Assembly: GCF_006345805.1 (NCBI RefSeq)
Contig: NW_021834007.1
Span: 1-53,353 of the forward strand
Direction of reading: 5' to 3'
DNA length: 53,353 nucleotides
Source of the DNA: Octopus sinensis
Taxonomy: Eukaryota
The notes beneath the pieces are model-generated. The model searched no databases and was not told the DNA's origin. It saw only the letters and a list, made by a program, of their open reading frames with translations. The translations under genes were made by a program, and so were the position numbers. Shown one piece after another: positions 1 to 14,649 of the stretch (its first letter is position 1; every line of letters starts with the position of its first letter).

Positions 1-889
1 TAATAATAATAATAATAATAATAATAATAGTAATAATAATAATAATGATGATGATGATGATGGTTAACAATGCAAAGAAGCTCTGGCATTCGCTTTGAAT
101 AATGACGAAGTAATTGATGGTAATTTTATAAATCTGTGGTGTGTATCCGTGCTTGACAACGTAGTTTCGAGACCCAGTGGCCGTATGTATGTGTGTGTGT
201 GTGTGTTTGTTTGTGTGAGTGAGTTTACGTGTGGGATTGTGTGTGCGTGCGATCTTTTATTTTTGTGGAATTTTTTTCTGTTTTTTTAAATATATTTATT
301 TTATACAAGATGAGAAAATTTTAAAATACAATATAATGGCGATTTATTTTCAAATGATTTATTTTCCCAGTTTTATTTTTGTAAAATTGAGATGCTTTTC
401 TCTTAAATTTTCTTATTTTATTCTCATTCTTTTATTGATTTCATTCCTTCGACTACGGCCAGACTGGAGCACTCCCTTCATGATTTTTTTTTTGTAGTTT
501 AGTATACGTTATATAGAACTCTCACTCTCATTATTCAGACGGGCAACTCTTCTTATCAATCTTTAGTTGCAGAGTTATCACCCTTACGTGAATAAAATAC
601 CTACGCGGTATTTACACTGTCTTACACTGTTGTAAACAAATACCAACAAACACAAGAGTGGCTGTGTGGTAAGTAGCTTACCTGCAATTTTACAGGTGAA
701 ACTAGTCTAGTCTAGTAATCTAGCATCGCTTATGGGGCGGTTATCTCTCCTGTTAGTGTATGGAAATGTGCTCCCTTGTAGCACGAAAGGAGGTGCTACC
801 CACCACCCTCTGTCACAAATCGTGACAATTGAATTTTTGTTCTTTGGTTTTATGTTGCGTACAGCTGCCTACGTCATTTTGTGTGCATA

Positions 890-898
890 TAGATAGAT

Positions 899-939
<41 letters not shown>

Positions 940-1292
940 CATACATACATACATACATACATACATACATACATACATACATACATACATACATACATAC
1001 ATACATCATAGGTAGGTAGGTAGGTAGGTAGGTAGGTAGGTAGGTAGCTGGCAGAAACGTTAGCACACCGGGCGAAATGCTTTGCGGTATTTCATCTGTC
1101 TCTATGTTCTGAGTTCAAATTCCGCCGAGGTCGACTTTGCCGTTCATCCTTTTGGGATCGATTAAGTACCAGTTACGCACTTGGGTCGATATAATCGACT
1201 TAATGCGTTTGTCTGTCCTTGTTTTTCCTCTCTGTGTTTAGCCCCTTGTGGGTAGTAAAGAAATAGGTAGGTAGATAAATAGTTAGATAGAC

Positions 1293-1355
<63 letters not shown>

Positions 1356-1380
1356 GATAGATAGATAGATAGATAGATAT
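890..1380. repeat. Compound tetranucleotide microsatellites (AGAT, ACAT, AGGT) flanking a SINE
   Basis: Seen directly. Confidence 0.95.
1046..1268 (+). mobile_element. tRNA-derived SINE, same family as 18296
   Basis: Near-identical head and body, embedded between AGGT and AGAT microsatellites. Confidence 0.85.
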
Positions 1381-1689
1381 GCGTCCCTCTGTGTTTGCAT
1401 GTGTATACATACGTATGCATTTATGGATGTATTCATGTATGTATCTATTGGGGTTGCGTGTGTATGTTTAAGTGAATATATCTGTATAGTTAAGTGTATA
1501 TATATTTTTCAAATATTCAGGAAAGTATACGGAAATAATAAGGAATTATCGAAATCTTGCATAATATCAATAAAATAGTCTTTGAAAAAAATATAGCTAA
1601 AGCCATTCTTATCCAAATGGTATTTTAGAAAAACCATTTCTCTGTAAGTACATCGCAGGAATTATCAAATCTAACATTTACATTAATAA

Positions 1690-1806
1690 ATAAAAACAAT
1701 AATAATAATGATGATGATGATAATAATAATAATGATAATAATAATAGTAATAATAATAATAACAACAACAACAATAATAATAATCCATTCTACTACTACT
1801 ATTATT

Positions 1807-1859
<53 letters not shown>

Positions 1860-1891
1860 CATTATTATTATTATCATCATTATTATTATTA

Positions 1892-1950
<59 letters not shown>
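1690..1950. repeat. (AAT)n followed by (ATT)n microsatellite
   Basis: Seen directly. Confidence 0.95.
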
Positions 1951-1951
<1 letters not shown>

Positions 1952-2239
1952 CGCACGCGCACCTGTGTGTATGTATACCCGCGTGGAATAAGCGATCATT
2001 AAAATAAGGCGGAGAATGTTCAGGAGGATATGTGGGAGTTCGTGCATGTATTCGTGCGTGAATATGTGAGTGTGTATACGTGTATATATCAGTTTACATC
2101 TCTCTCACCCACTCTCTCTCTCACTCTTTCTATCACTCTCTCTCTCTCTCTCTCTCTTAAACTTTTATATGTAATTATGTGTATATATATAAAAATATAA
2201 TTGTACATACGTAAATATAATTACATATATATTTAAGTA

Positions 2240-2252
2240 TATTATATATATG

Positions 2253-2290
<38 letters not shown>

Positions 2291-2868
2291 TATATTTATG
2301 TATTTATGTATTTATGTGCGTGCATCTATCACTGTGTATGCATATATATGTGTGTATGTGTGGTGTGTATGTATTTATGTATATATATATATATATATAT
2401 ATTATATATCATATATATATACACATATATATGTGTGTGTGTGTGTGTTTGTGTGTGTGAGCGTATATATATGCGTGCATATTCATATATCTATGTGTGT
2501 ATGTATGTATGTGTTCCTCTATGTCCGCGTGCGCGCGCTTTGATACAGTTAATGATATTATACAATTCCTCTACTGCAGTTATTTCATTTCGAATTTACC
2601 AAAATTCTTTTCTTATTATTTATTTATCTCATTAAACTCTATTTTTGTAAATTTTTATTTTCAATTTCATTTCAACTTCTTTGTTCTATAGCTGTTTTAT
2701 TTATATTTTTTTCAATTTTCAATTTTGTTCTTTTTTCAGGATTTATCCGTTCAAGAAAACTCCGCCTTTTCAAAGAAGGAAGTCGAAAGGGTGGAATAAC
2801 TTACATATACATACACCTCGCACACGAATTCATATATATATATATACATACAATATCATATATATATA

Positions 2869-2936
<68 letters not shown>

Positions 2937-3038
2937 ACAGATATATATACACACAATATATACGATATATATAATGCATACATAAATATGCATATAAGCA
3001 CGTTTGTATACATATACACATATATACCTATCTATATA

Positions 3039-3106
<68 letters not shown>

Positions 3107-3500
3107 CATGTATAGATAGATAGAAAGAAAGATGCAATCATATATACCATATATATAGATAGATATATAGACATATATATATGTATATATTATATACAAA
3201 TATATATAAATATATAAATGTATATATGCATATACATATATTTGTATATATATACATATGTATATACATATGAATCTTCATATATATATATATTGAATTA
3301 TATGTACATATATATAGAGAGAGGGATGAAGAAAGAGGGGGGTTACATACATACATATATATACATATATATATATATATATTTATACATATTTCAATAT
3401 ACAACCACGTGTATACGTATGTATGTACGTATGTATGTATGTATTGTATGTATGTATGTATGTATGTATGTATGTATGTATGTATGTATGTATGTATGTA
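2240..3500. repeat. (TA)n, (TG)n and (ATGT)n microsatellite field
   Basis: Seen directly. Confidence 0.9.
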
Positions 3501-4089
3501 TGCATCAGCGCCACCTAATATTAATAATAGCCGCTATAAACGAGTCAGCGAATACATTTCTATTATTTTATATTATTTTTACATCGCGTCAGCCATAAAT
3601 ATAAGGAAGAGGCAGTTAGTTTATCGTTCTATACTTACATCAGCTATAAATACAACTAAGATGCAGTTTAGTTAAACATTTTACAGTGCATCAGCTATAA
3701 ATATGCAGTTTAATTTAACATTTTTACAGTGCAGTACCTCCAAATATAGAATCATTTGTTGTTTCCATATACGTTTTTGGTAATGGCTGGTTTCATTCGG
3801 TCAATCCTTAGTTTCGTACTTTTTCTTGTTTTGGCTGCAGATTGCTTTGTCTGAATGAAGAAGCCGGTAATGTGACGTGATGAATGTGTTAGATGGTTTG
3901 TGGTTGAATGGGAGCGGTTTTGGAAACACACACCACGGTGTGGTGTGTGTTTGTGTGTGTGTATGTGTGTGTGTTTGTGTGTGTGTAGGGGATGGATGTG
4001 TGATGGAGGCAGGTGATGAAATGCTGGTGAAGAAGTGGATTGATAGATGGATGTGACGGACGTGATGGACGTGATGAATGGGTGTTATA

Positions 4090-4450
4090 TACAGACAGAC
4101 CGGCAGCCAGCCATACAGACAGACAGATAGACAGATAGGCAGACAGACAGATAGACAGACAGACAGATAGACAGACAGATAGACAGACAGACAGACAGAT
4201 AGACAGACAGACAGATAGGCAGATAGACAGATAGACAGACAGACAGACAGATAGACAGATAGACAGACAGACAGATAGACAGATAGACAGACAGACAGAC
4301 AGACATAGACAGACAGACAGATAGACAGACAGACAGACAGGATGGAAAGATAAATGTATGGATGGATGGAGGAATGGCTAGATAAATAGATTGAGAGATG
4401 GACACATAAACAGACACAGAAAGACAGAATGACAGACAGACGGACGGACG
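4090..4450. repeat. (AGAC/AGAT)n microsatellite
   Basis: Seen directly. Confidence 0.95.
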
Positions 4451-4948
4451 GTTATATGTAGGTACTTCATTAGAATCAAAGGACTTTCTCAAAAAACATT
4501 ATTTCATACCATTCCAAATACATTTCCAAATACATTATAATTATCGAGAACATTTGGTTTTATGCCAAGAGCAAAAACAAACTTATAATGAAATTGGATC
4601 TCTTAAGTCTTTACCAAATAACGAACCACATTTTTAACTCATAAATTCTACGGAAAACATTCAAGTAAAATCTCAGTTTTACAACAAATATTATCCAGGC
4701 GTGAGGTTAGAATTTATTTTAAGGTCATAAGGAAAGGTTCATGGGCGCAATTCTTGTGTCAGAGGCTTTCGGTATTGCTTGGAATATGCTTCTCACTCTT
4801 GCATTTTCATGATAACATCAATGACGACCAAAAGACGACTAGTAGAATATGTTTATCGGTTTTGGAACTAACGGCAGTCATTGCACCCTGGGTACCTAAT
4901 TTATTATTATTTTTAATCTAATATTTTATGTCTATATACCAGTGTATG

Positions 4949-4997
<49 letters not shown>

Positions 4998-5080
4998 TAT
5001 ATTGCGATGGGTTTTATTTCTATATCCCGATAGACCGCTAGCCACTTTTTTACTTTCCCTTCCAGTTTATTTCTGTGTTC

Positions 5081-5116
5081 CTTTCTGTTGAAGTGCGTAG
5101 GCTCGAAACGTAAAAG
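5081..5116 (+). ncRNA. Degenerate hammerhead motif in a related repeat (about 5020-5215)
   Basis: CTTT-CTGTTGA-A-GTGC-GTAG-GCTC-GAAAC-GT-A-AAAG; core A6 is mutated and stem II has a mismatch. Confidence 0.45.
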
Positions 5117-5355
5117 ACTTTCTCACTTCCCGAGCGTTAAAGTAATACATCTGTTTGTTGTTTATACACCCGTCTTCGTCTTCTTTTTTTTGTAAATTTT
5201 TATATATTGTTTATTCATTTTTTTACTTTTTATGATCTAGTTATATGTTTTTAAAGAATGTATTATATTTTTTATTTATGATTTGGTTTATGTCTATCAT
5301 TGTTTGAATTGCCTAATAGTCATTTTTCTCTAATTTATATTTATATATATATATA

Positions 5356-5457
<102 letters not shown>

Positions 5458-5788
5458 CATAATATATGCGATAGGAATTTGTTAGGTAGCGTCGATTTTT
5501 ACACTTCTGTAAATAATAATAATAATAATTTTTATAGGTTGAAAGCTTATAAACGATTATTCGCGCAATGGCTAAAGGAAAGAAAATAAACGGTGATCGC
5601 CTATATAATACTGTTGTGTATGGGGTCGAAACTACAAAGACATTCTGAACTCCGGCTGATGATGTAATCAACTGTGGAAGATCCGTGCATCTCGTTTTTG
5701 TCCTTTGCCGTTTGTCGTGCTATCGTCCATTTTTCCGAATGTTGTGCTTTGTTGGTTTGCATTTGTTGTCTTCTTTCTGCTCTACCTT

Positions 5789-5831
<43 letters not shown>

Positions 5832-6453
5832 ATATATATATAATGACAACCCGTTCTGATAGGACAATTGCTATTGAGGTAACCGATTCTATAACACTGT
5901 CGATCGTGCAGTATGAATACTTGACATTACTAATGCGAGTAACTTTTTCGTTGCGAGTAAAGAGTTTAAAACATAATATAATAATGCATTTTTGTGGTGA
6001 GTGGGGTTATTGCTAACTATCATTGCATCATTGAATCCGCTCCATTTTAAAGCATTATTATATTAGGTGAATGTTTTGTCAAAGATCCCTTTAATAAGGG
6101 TTGTATTCAAGAGCTTCCAAACTAACAGTGTTGCTTAGGTAGTTTTTAATACTATAGTTAGGGGATATGATCCTGTATTTATGTAAGTTGGCTTTTTTCA
6201 TTCCGTTTCCTAGAAAATTAAAATGGGCTAAGGTTTAAATATACGGTTGCATCCAGGTAATGAAAGTTGGTTACGTTTGTCTCTAGTGATTTCAAAACCG
6301 CAAAACTTCAATGTTTGGATAACAGTTCTTTCGTAATATGTGTTTGCGCGTGTGCGCGCACGTATGTGTGTGTGTGTGTGTGTGTGTTGTGCGTAGGTCT
6401 GTGCATATGAACGTGAGCACGCATATATGTTTTTATGTATGTGTTTGTAAATA

Positions 6454-6501
<48 letters not shown>

Positions 6502-6669
6502 GTGTATGTATGTATGTATGTGTGTATGCATGGACACATATTTGTATGCCTGTATTAAAATAAATGTAATGCTTCATTCACATGACAATTGTGCTTATTG
6601 CAAGAGGAATCACGTGACCTAATTAACAGATTTTTTTAAAGACTTTTAGTTTCGCTTTTGCGTTACACA

Positions 6670-6748
<79 letters not shown>

Positions 6749-6804
6749 GTTGTATTTGTACCTATATATATACATATACACAAGCACAGACGCACATACA
6801 CACA

Positions 6805-6845
<41 letters not shown>

Positions 6846-7659
6846 ACTCACACATACTTATGCTTTTTTCAATTCAATTATATTTTCCATTATTTTAATT
6901 ACACTATTTTTTCGTTTTTGATCCTTTATTTTAAATTTCGATTCATTATCTTGATTATGGAGCCTTTATATAAATTATAGCATCTGCTGAATATGGTGTG
7001 GTGTGTGTGTATTTGTGTATGAATCCGTGTGATTTGAGAGCGTTTCTGTGTGTGTGTATGCTTGCGTGTTTGGTGTGATTATGTATAAGTATGTGTGAGT
7101 GTGTGGTGTTATGTGTGTGTGTGTGTGTTTGTATGAGGAATTATGTTCGAACGTGTGTGTGTTTTCGTCAGTGTGTTTTAGACACTTTCGCGAGTCCTAA
7201 ATATTATTTCCTCTCTATCTTAATCTCAATGGAATTTTAATAAACATTAAATTGTGAACATATTTTTGCTTCACTTTCACCTTCCCAAAGCCAATTCCTT
7301 GTTGAAGAATTCTTGGCGAATCGTGTGTTTCTTTGATGAAATTAATTCGAATGCAAAATCAAAAAAAAATTAAATATATTTTCGTTTCAAGTTCTACTGT
7401 GTTAAACATTTCCACACTAATCATTTTATTATATTTTTTTCAATCTTCCTCTGGGATTTCGATTCTTTAAATATTTGCAAAATTAACCCTACATTCGCTT
7501 GTCTCTTGCAGCAGCATACAAACACACAATCCAAACAAAGAAACAATGCTGTATAACACCACATCCTCTCCTGTCATGACCTACACGCAATCAAGTGTGA
7601 AACATGTGTGTGAGGTGTGTATGAGGTGTGTATGTGTTTTGTTGTTGATCCCTAAGACT

Positions 7660-8222
7660 CTGCTGGCATATCATTCGGTTTCCATGACGTGTGCAACTGA
7701 GATCAAAACATTCCCTCTAAATGGGACGTCGGTCTGTGGCAAGATTACTTATTTACGTGGCCAAATGCTTTGTTTGTTCCTTCTAAAGCCATGCCTGGCT
7801 CATAAGGGCTGGTTTCCCAGTTTCCTTGGCGTATAGGTTCCCCACGTGGACGGGATGCCGGTCCGTCACAGGGGAGCTGCAAGATGCAGGAGGAAAGAAT
7901 GAGAGAAAGTTGTGGCGAAAGAAGTTCGCCAATACCTTCTGCTGGAGCCACGTGGAGTTTAGGTGTTTCGCTCATAAACACACACATTACCCGGTCTGAG
8001 ATTCGAACCCGCGATCCCTCGACCGCGAGTCCGCTGCTCTAACCACTAGGCCATGTGCCTCCACTGTGGTCGAATGGACTGAATCAATGTGTAATGAAGT
8101 GTTTTGCTCAAGAACACAATGCACCGCCTGGTCCGAGAATTGAAACCACGATCTAGCGATCGTGAGTGGAACACTCTAACCTCAAGGTCACGCACCTTCA
8201 TACACACAGCCAACGCACCACG
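7660..8222 (-). mobile_element. Cluster of minus-strand tRNA-derived SINEs
   Basis: Reverse-complement heads at about 8065 (GAGATTCGAACCC) and about 8200; body shared with 48640-48950. Confidence 0.65.
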
Positions 8223-8499
8223 TAAAGCATTAACCTCATAAAAAGAAAGCCTGAGGTAATCCTTCATTGCAGACAATATAATAATTTTGTACTTTCCAAT
8301 AACAGAAGTATTTACAAGGTTATAGTCTTTTATCCCACCTCCAGTTTATTCAGGAACAATACGAAACTAAGCTCTCCAGATCGAGCGACCTTGTTCAGAT
8401 GCAGTCTCTCTACATGGTCGCTCGATCTGCAAGAAGGTGCTGTCAAATTCCTTTCACTCACACATTACAGTCACAAATGAACGATACATTAGTCTACAT

Positions 8500-8671
8500 T
8501 AGTACTACTACCACAACTACTAACATAACCAGTACTACTACTGCCACCACCACAACCACTACTACTACTGCCACGACTTCTATTATTTTTACCACAACCA
8601 CTCCTACAACTACCACCGCCACTACAATCACTACTGCAACAGGTGCTACTATTAATACTACCCACTACTCT

Positions 8672-8733
<62 letters not shown>

Positions 8734-9115
8734 TTACTATAATTATTATCCTTAATATTAATCAAAAGCCAAGTAATTTCTTTATTTTAGCACCTTCACT
8801 AATTATTGATCACACAGTTACTCAAAAGTGGCTTTTAGTGTACTCAGGGTTTTAGAAATATAATTTTGAAAGAATGAAACCAGGGGAAAAGTACAGCGGT
8901 AGCTTGGTGGCGGCGGTGGTGGTGGTCGTGGTGGTGTTGGTCGTTGTTGTTGTTGCTGCTGCTGCTGCTGCAGCTTGTGGTGTCTTTTAGTTTGGTATTA
9001 GTGCTGGTTTAATGAGCCCGAAGTTCGTCTTCAAAAGAATCGAAAATTGGTTATGTTCAAATTGAGGAGCTATTTCTTGTAATCTGATAACCGGATGACA
9101 ATAATAATAATAATA

Positions 9116-9164
<49 letters not shown>

Positions 9165-9403
9165 CGGTGGTGGTGGTGGTGGTGGTGGTGATGAGGATGA
9201 TGACGATAACAATGAACAAGAAGAAGAAGAGAAAGAAGAAGAAGAAGAAGAAGAAGAAGGAGAAGAAGATGATGGCGATGATGATGTTGATGACGATGAC
9301 GACGATGATGATGATGATGAAGAAGAAAAAAGAAGATGATGATGATGATAATGATGACGACGATGACGATGACGAAGAAGAAGAAGAAGAAGAAGAAGAA
9401 GAA

Positions 9404-9448
<45 letters not shown>

Positions 9449-9450
9449 AA
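8500..9450. repeat. Trinucleotide microsatellite blocks (ACT/ACC, GTG/GTT/GCT, GAT/GTG/AAG, AAAG)
   Basis: Seen directly. Confidence 0.92.
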
Positions 9451-9769
9451 TTCTTTATTGACTACAAGATGCCATAGGTACAATAGAAAACGTGTTATAC
9501 TAAAAAAAATGGGGTTATTAGAAAACGTGCTTGGGCGAATACACTCACACACATACAGACGCGCACACACACATACATACATATGTTCTGACCTAATTTC
9601 ACTCATCTACTTATATATTAGGGTTTTTTATATAGATATGTGTGTATTCATGAATATTTAATATGTTTTAATATTTTAACGACTGATACGCATCGTTCTA
9701 TCGCCAAATATATGTATCATGATATTGTTGAACCTATCTGAAATTCTCCTTAACATTTATATATAGGCC

Positions 9770-10150
9770 TAGGAGTGGCTGTGTGGTAAGTGGCTTGCTT
9801 CTCAACCACATGGTTCCGGGTTCAGTCCCACTGTGTGGAAGCTTGGGCAAGTGTCTTCTACTATAGCCTCGTGCTGACCAAAACCTTGTGAGTGGATTTG
9901 GTAGACAGACACTGAAAGAAGCCCGTCGTATATATGTTTATATAGCCCGTCGTATATATGTATGTATATATATATATACATATATACGACGGGCTTCTTT
10001 CAGTTTCTGTCTACCAAATCCACTCACAAGGCTTTGGTCAGCACGAGGCTATAGTAGGAGACACTTGCCCAAGGTTCCACACAGTGGCACTGAACCCGGA
10101 ACCATGTGGTTCGTAAGCAAGCTACTTACCACACAGCCACTCCTACACCT
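9770..10150. mobile_element. Two tail-to-tail copies of a tRNA/CORE-type SINE head inside a 462-bp palindrome
   Basis: GGAGTGGCTGTGTGGTAAG...GGGCAAGTGTCTTCTACTATAGCC on + and its reverse complement on -. Confidence 0.88.
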
Positions 10151-11279
10151 ATATATAAATGTTAAGGAGAATTTCAGATAGGTTCAACCTCCGTATGAAG
10201 AAACAGCCGCCTCCCCTATCTTTGACCATGTTCCGGAGCTAACCACTTATACAGAGTACTGCAAAATTCCTACAAAGCATTTTTGCTTTAGCTTCGACCT
10301 GATAGTCACCCATATTCTCTGAAGAAGAGAGTGATTTCTCGGTTGTAGATAGACCGTTAGAGATGTTATTATCAATTACCTATTACCTTGTGACACCTGT
10401 TGCTCCTCTCTCTCACATACCCATATATACAAGTCTCTTAGCAATTCATTAGGTTAGTCCCTTTTAAGGCCAACATTAAATAAACTGGGCTACGTTCTTT
10501 CCTCAAAATTACCATCAGTTTTAAGTGGAAGTCTGATAATTGTGATGTTTTCGCATGAAACCAATGATAGCATGGTAAATCCATAAAATATAGATAGACA
10601 GACAGACTGAAAGACAGACAAACAGACAGATAGACAGACAGATGGACAACTTATACAAACTGAGTACTACAAAAGTTCAAGTACTCAGGTATCTTTTCGA
10701 GAACTTCAAGCCATTTTTTTATTTGCTTTTTATCAGTTCTTATTCTGTTTCCTTCCATTTTCTTTGCTTATTGCCCTCCATAATTTCCCCTACTTTAGCT
10801 CCATATTTGACCTCTACACTACTGAAAAGCGGTTGGTCGTCAAGAGCTCTCGCATCTCTGATTTATATATGAACACCAAATTGGAGATATTCAACCTTTG
10901 TATGCACCAGGGGAAATTTATCCTTTTACACTGGACACACCTTAAAACCCTTCATTTATTAACTAAGATTTATGCAATGGGCCACCAGGAACGATGACAA
11001 TTTACTGCAATACATGAAGAAAGATTTACATCTCTGTCGTGGTGTCTGTGAAGGCAAGCTAGAAGAGCTGTACCGTAGCTGGTAGGACGAGCTGTCGACG
11101 AACAGATAGGCTGGTTGTGAGTGTTTCTCTTAATTATTCCCGAAGCAGTAATATAATTGATAAAATACAAACCAATAATTAATAATAAAAAACATGGAAA
11201 TAATGAACAATTACAGCCGTTATTTCCGTTTTATTCTTCCCTTGTTGTCCCTGTTTCTATATCTTTCCCTTTCCATTAT

Positions 11280-11755
11280 CATCCCTGTCGTCGTCGTCAT
11301 CGTTGTCGTTATCATCATAGTCATCATCATCATCGTCGTCGTCGTCGTCATCATTGTCAAGGTCGTCGTCAACATCCTCAATTTTGCCGTCGTCGTCGTC
11401 GTTATTATCATCCTAATCATCATCATCATCATCATCATCATCACCATCCACATCATCATCATCATCATCGTCATCATCATCAACATCATCATCAGCAGCA
11501 GCAGCATCCACATCATCATCATCCTCATCATCATCACCAACATCATAATCATCATCGTCATCATCGTCGTCGTCGTCATCATCATCATCATCATCATCAT
11601 CACCATCGTCATCATCATCGTTTTCGTTGTCATCAGCATCATACTCATTTTCGTCAACGTCATTTCCTTCATCACCATCATCATCATCATCATCACTTCA
11701 TCCTCATCGTCATCATCATCATCGTCATCATCATCATCATCTTCATCATTATCAT
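11280..11755. repeat. (CAT/CGT)n degenerate trinucleotide array
   Basis: Seen directly. Confidence 0.95.
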
Positions 11756-11944
11756 AGAGATGATGGATTTAGACAGAATCAGCAAAACAGACTGAGGCAA
11801 TAACAGCAGCAGTAGCAGCCTCAGCAGTAGCAGCCCTTATTGTTATAATTCTAGAGATATTGAGTAATATCTTCGAGAATGGTAGTTCCGTAACTGCACC
11901 TGTTTCACAAGATGGCTTAATTATCGGGCAGTAATTAAAATGTA

Positions 11945-13325
11945 AAGGAGAGAGCGAAAGAGAGGAGAGGTTGAGACAGCGGGTGAGAGTAAGTGAGAGA
12001 GAGAGAGAAGGGAGAAGGTGAGAGAGAGCAAGAGAGTGGGAGGAAGCAGGGAGAGAAAAATAAAGACAGAAAAAGTAGGTGTGGGAGAGAGGAGTAGATA
12101 GACAGACAGACAGGCAAACAGAGAGACAGACAGACAGACAAACAGACAGACAAACATACAGACAGACAGATAGAAAGATAGATAGATAGACAGATAGACA
12201 GTCTGATAGACTGGCAGATGGGTGGATAGATGGATGGATGGATGGATGGATGAATGGATGGATGGATGGATGGATGTGTGAGTAGTGGCCGGGGGAAGAG
12301 ATCGTAGTGGGGTGGATTCAAGGCTGGTTAGCAAACGGGTAGATGGTTGGGTGGCTGAACATGGATGAATGAATGGATTCGAGACGGGTGGATCTAAGGA
12401 TAATGGCTCAATAAATGGTTGGCTGGCTGGCTGGTTGGCTGGTTGGTTGGTTGGTTGGTTGGTTGGTTGGTTTGAATGGATGGATTAAGGGTGGATAGGT
12501 GCATGGGTGGAATGATGAAAATTCGGGTGGATAGATGGGTGTTTGAATGAATAACTAGAGAGATTGTTAGATGAATTGATGGATGAATGAAGGGGGGAAG
12601 GGAAGGGGTTAGGGAGGGATGGTGGGAAGGAAATGATAGCTGGGTACATGCGTGGGTAGTTTGATAAGTAGGAGGAGAGAAGGAGGGAAGGAGGAAAAGA
12701 GGGGGAGGGGGAGACAGGGAGGGGGATATGGAGGGGGAGAAAGGGAGAGAGGGGGGAGGGAGGGAGAAAAGGATGGAGGGGTGGATGGATGGATTGATAG
12801 ATGGATGAAGGAAGAGGGGAGGGAGGGAGGGAAGATGTGAGGGAGGGAAGTAGGGAGGAGGGAGGGAAGGATTAATGTATGGACGGATAGATGAACAGAA
12901 GGAGGAAGGGAGGGGTGGAAGAAAGGATGGCGGGAGAGAGAGAGGGGTAGATGTCTAGATGGATTTACGGAGCGATGGGTGGATGGATGTCTTGATGGCT
13001 TTATGGATCGATGAATGGATGAATGGATCTGTGGATGGATTAATCGATGGATGAATGGATGGTTGAACGGGGTGAAAGAGAAAGGAATCGACAGATGGGT
13101 TCAAGGAGACGGGAGAGATTGTTTCTGGGGTGGGGGTAGATAATCGGGTACACACGTGGATGATTGAATGGTCGCTTGGCTGAATAGATGGATAATCGGG
13201 TGGATGGATGGTTGGATGGATGGATGGATGGATGGGTGGGTGGACATTGTTCGGGTGGATGGATGTATTGTTGGACTGAAGCTGAGTGAAGGCGGATAAG
13301 TGGAAGTAAGATGAGGGTGGGGATG
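11945..13325. repeat. Purine-rich low-complexity tract (GA, GACA, GGAT, TTGG, GGGA)
   Basis: Seen directly. Confidence 0.9.
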
Positions 13326-14224
13326 TCACTAGGTTCTATCTACAGATCTATCGATCTATCGATCGATCCAGTCATTGTTTTACATCAATAAAACATTCCA
13401 CAATATTCTTGATTAGATTATAGCACGTGGGGAAGTGCGGCGGCGGCGGTGCATCTTCATAATGGTGTTGGTGTTGTTGTTGGTGGTGATGGTGGTTTTA
13501 GTGACGGTGGTGGTAGTGGTATTGGTGGTGGTATTGGTGGTGGTGGTGGTCGTCGTCGTCGTCGTCGTAGAGACGGTAGTCATGTTGGTCGGTTGGTGGC
13601 GGTGATCGCGGATATGAACTGCAAAAGCAGAAATTTGATCCACTGCATTAAATGCTCGAGTTGCGAGGAACTACACATTTAGCGAGACAGGGAATGCATT
13701 ATCAGAACGCTCACGAGTCCATAGACAGCAAATCCGGAACATTAATGTTTGCCAAATTCCATTGAGCTAACATATAGAAACATGTGGCCAGAAATTGTTT
13801 CTAATTTTTCCTTTCCACAAACTACAAGACACAAGTAAGGTTGAAAGAAAGATGAAAGAAAAACGTTTCATTAAAATGTTCAAACCTGTTCTGAACGGAA
13901 ATAACAACAATAATATAACAACCAGTTAGTGATGTGGATTAAAAAATATCTTTAATATATGAATATAAACAAATTACAGAAGATTCCCACCGATGGAAAT
14001 ATAAACGATCGAAACCAACTAAGTTTGCTCTCTCTTAAACACCATTACTTTAAACCGCAAGCTAATTAGTTAAAATAAAGGCGGGATCTATGTCAGTAAT
14101 ATCTGTGCGCCCGGCAAACCGTGATGTTTAAGCTGCATGCGGAGTGGCCAAAACCGCATTCCAAAACTTCAGCTTGGAGCCTTCCAAGAGGTATAAAAAG
14201 GAAGAACTCAACTGTTAGAGTTAT

Positions 14225-14475
14225 TAGTGGCCTCTCCACTGTCTCACTAGCCCAATTCTTTTCTCCGTTTGATGTTGGCTGGTCGTAGAAGTGGCTTCAT
14301 TCTTGCTACTCTGCCATAGTAATCAAGTTTGTGGAGATACCTGACAGCTGTTCTGAGACTGACATCAATTGATCTGCTAAGTCAGAGGCCTTGCAATGAG
14401 GATTATCCTCCACACTTCTCTTAACAAAGAGAAGGGTCCTGTCAGAGGGCCCTGATTCATCTGGGCGAGGTGATG
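14225..14475 (-). mobile_element. Decayed Tc1 transposase fragment (HTH region)
   Basis: Minus-strand translation with frameshifts: RPSDRTLLFVKRSVEDNPHCKASDLA / DVSLRTAVRYLHKLDYYGRVARMKPLLRPANIKRRK / NWASE. Confidence 0.78.
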
Positions 14476-14649
14476 TGGACTTCTACTAGTACTACACCAA
14501 CATCACAGGCATCACCACTACTGGTACTAGCACCATCACATTACCACCATAACAACTACCACCAAAACAACAATTACAGCCGTCAACATCACCAACGACG
14601 ATGCAACCAACAAAAGGAAGAGAAAATGAGATCAATCTTAGGGGATGTA

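Noticed and set aside
1046-1130. tRNA-like A/B boxes here and at other SINE heads
   Set aside because: No complete cloverleaf, and each is attached to a SINE body, so these are not tRNA genes.
5620-5680. CGAAAC followed by CTGATGA, a possible type II hammerhead
   Set aside because: No pairable stem II or stem III found.
9070-11795. Long poly-M/K/D/E, poly-H and poly-I ORFs (9095..9661, 11157..11795, 11194..11757, 11220..11696)
   Set aside because: They are translations of trinucleotide microsatellites that are open in several frames and strands, with no splice or domain support.
14190-14202. TATA box-like TATAAAAAGG
   Set aside because: It lies at the edge of a decayed Tc1 fragment with no downstream gene evidence.
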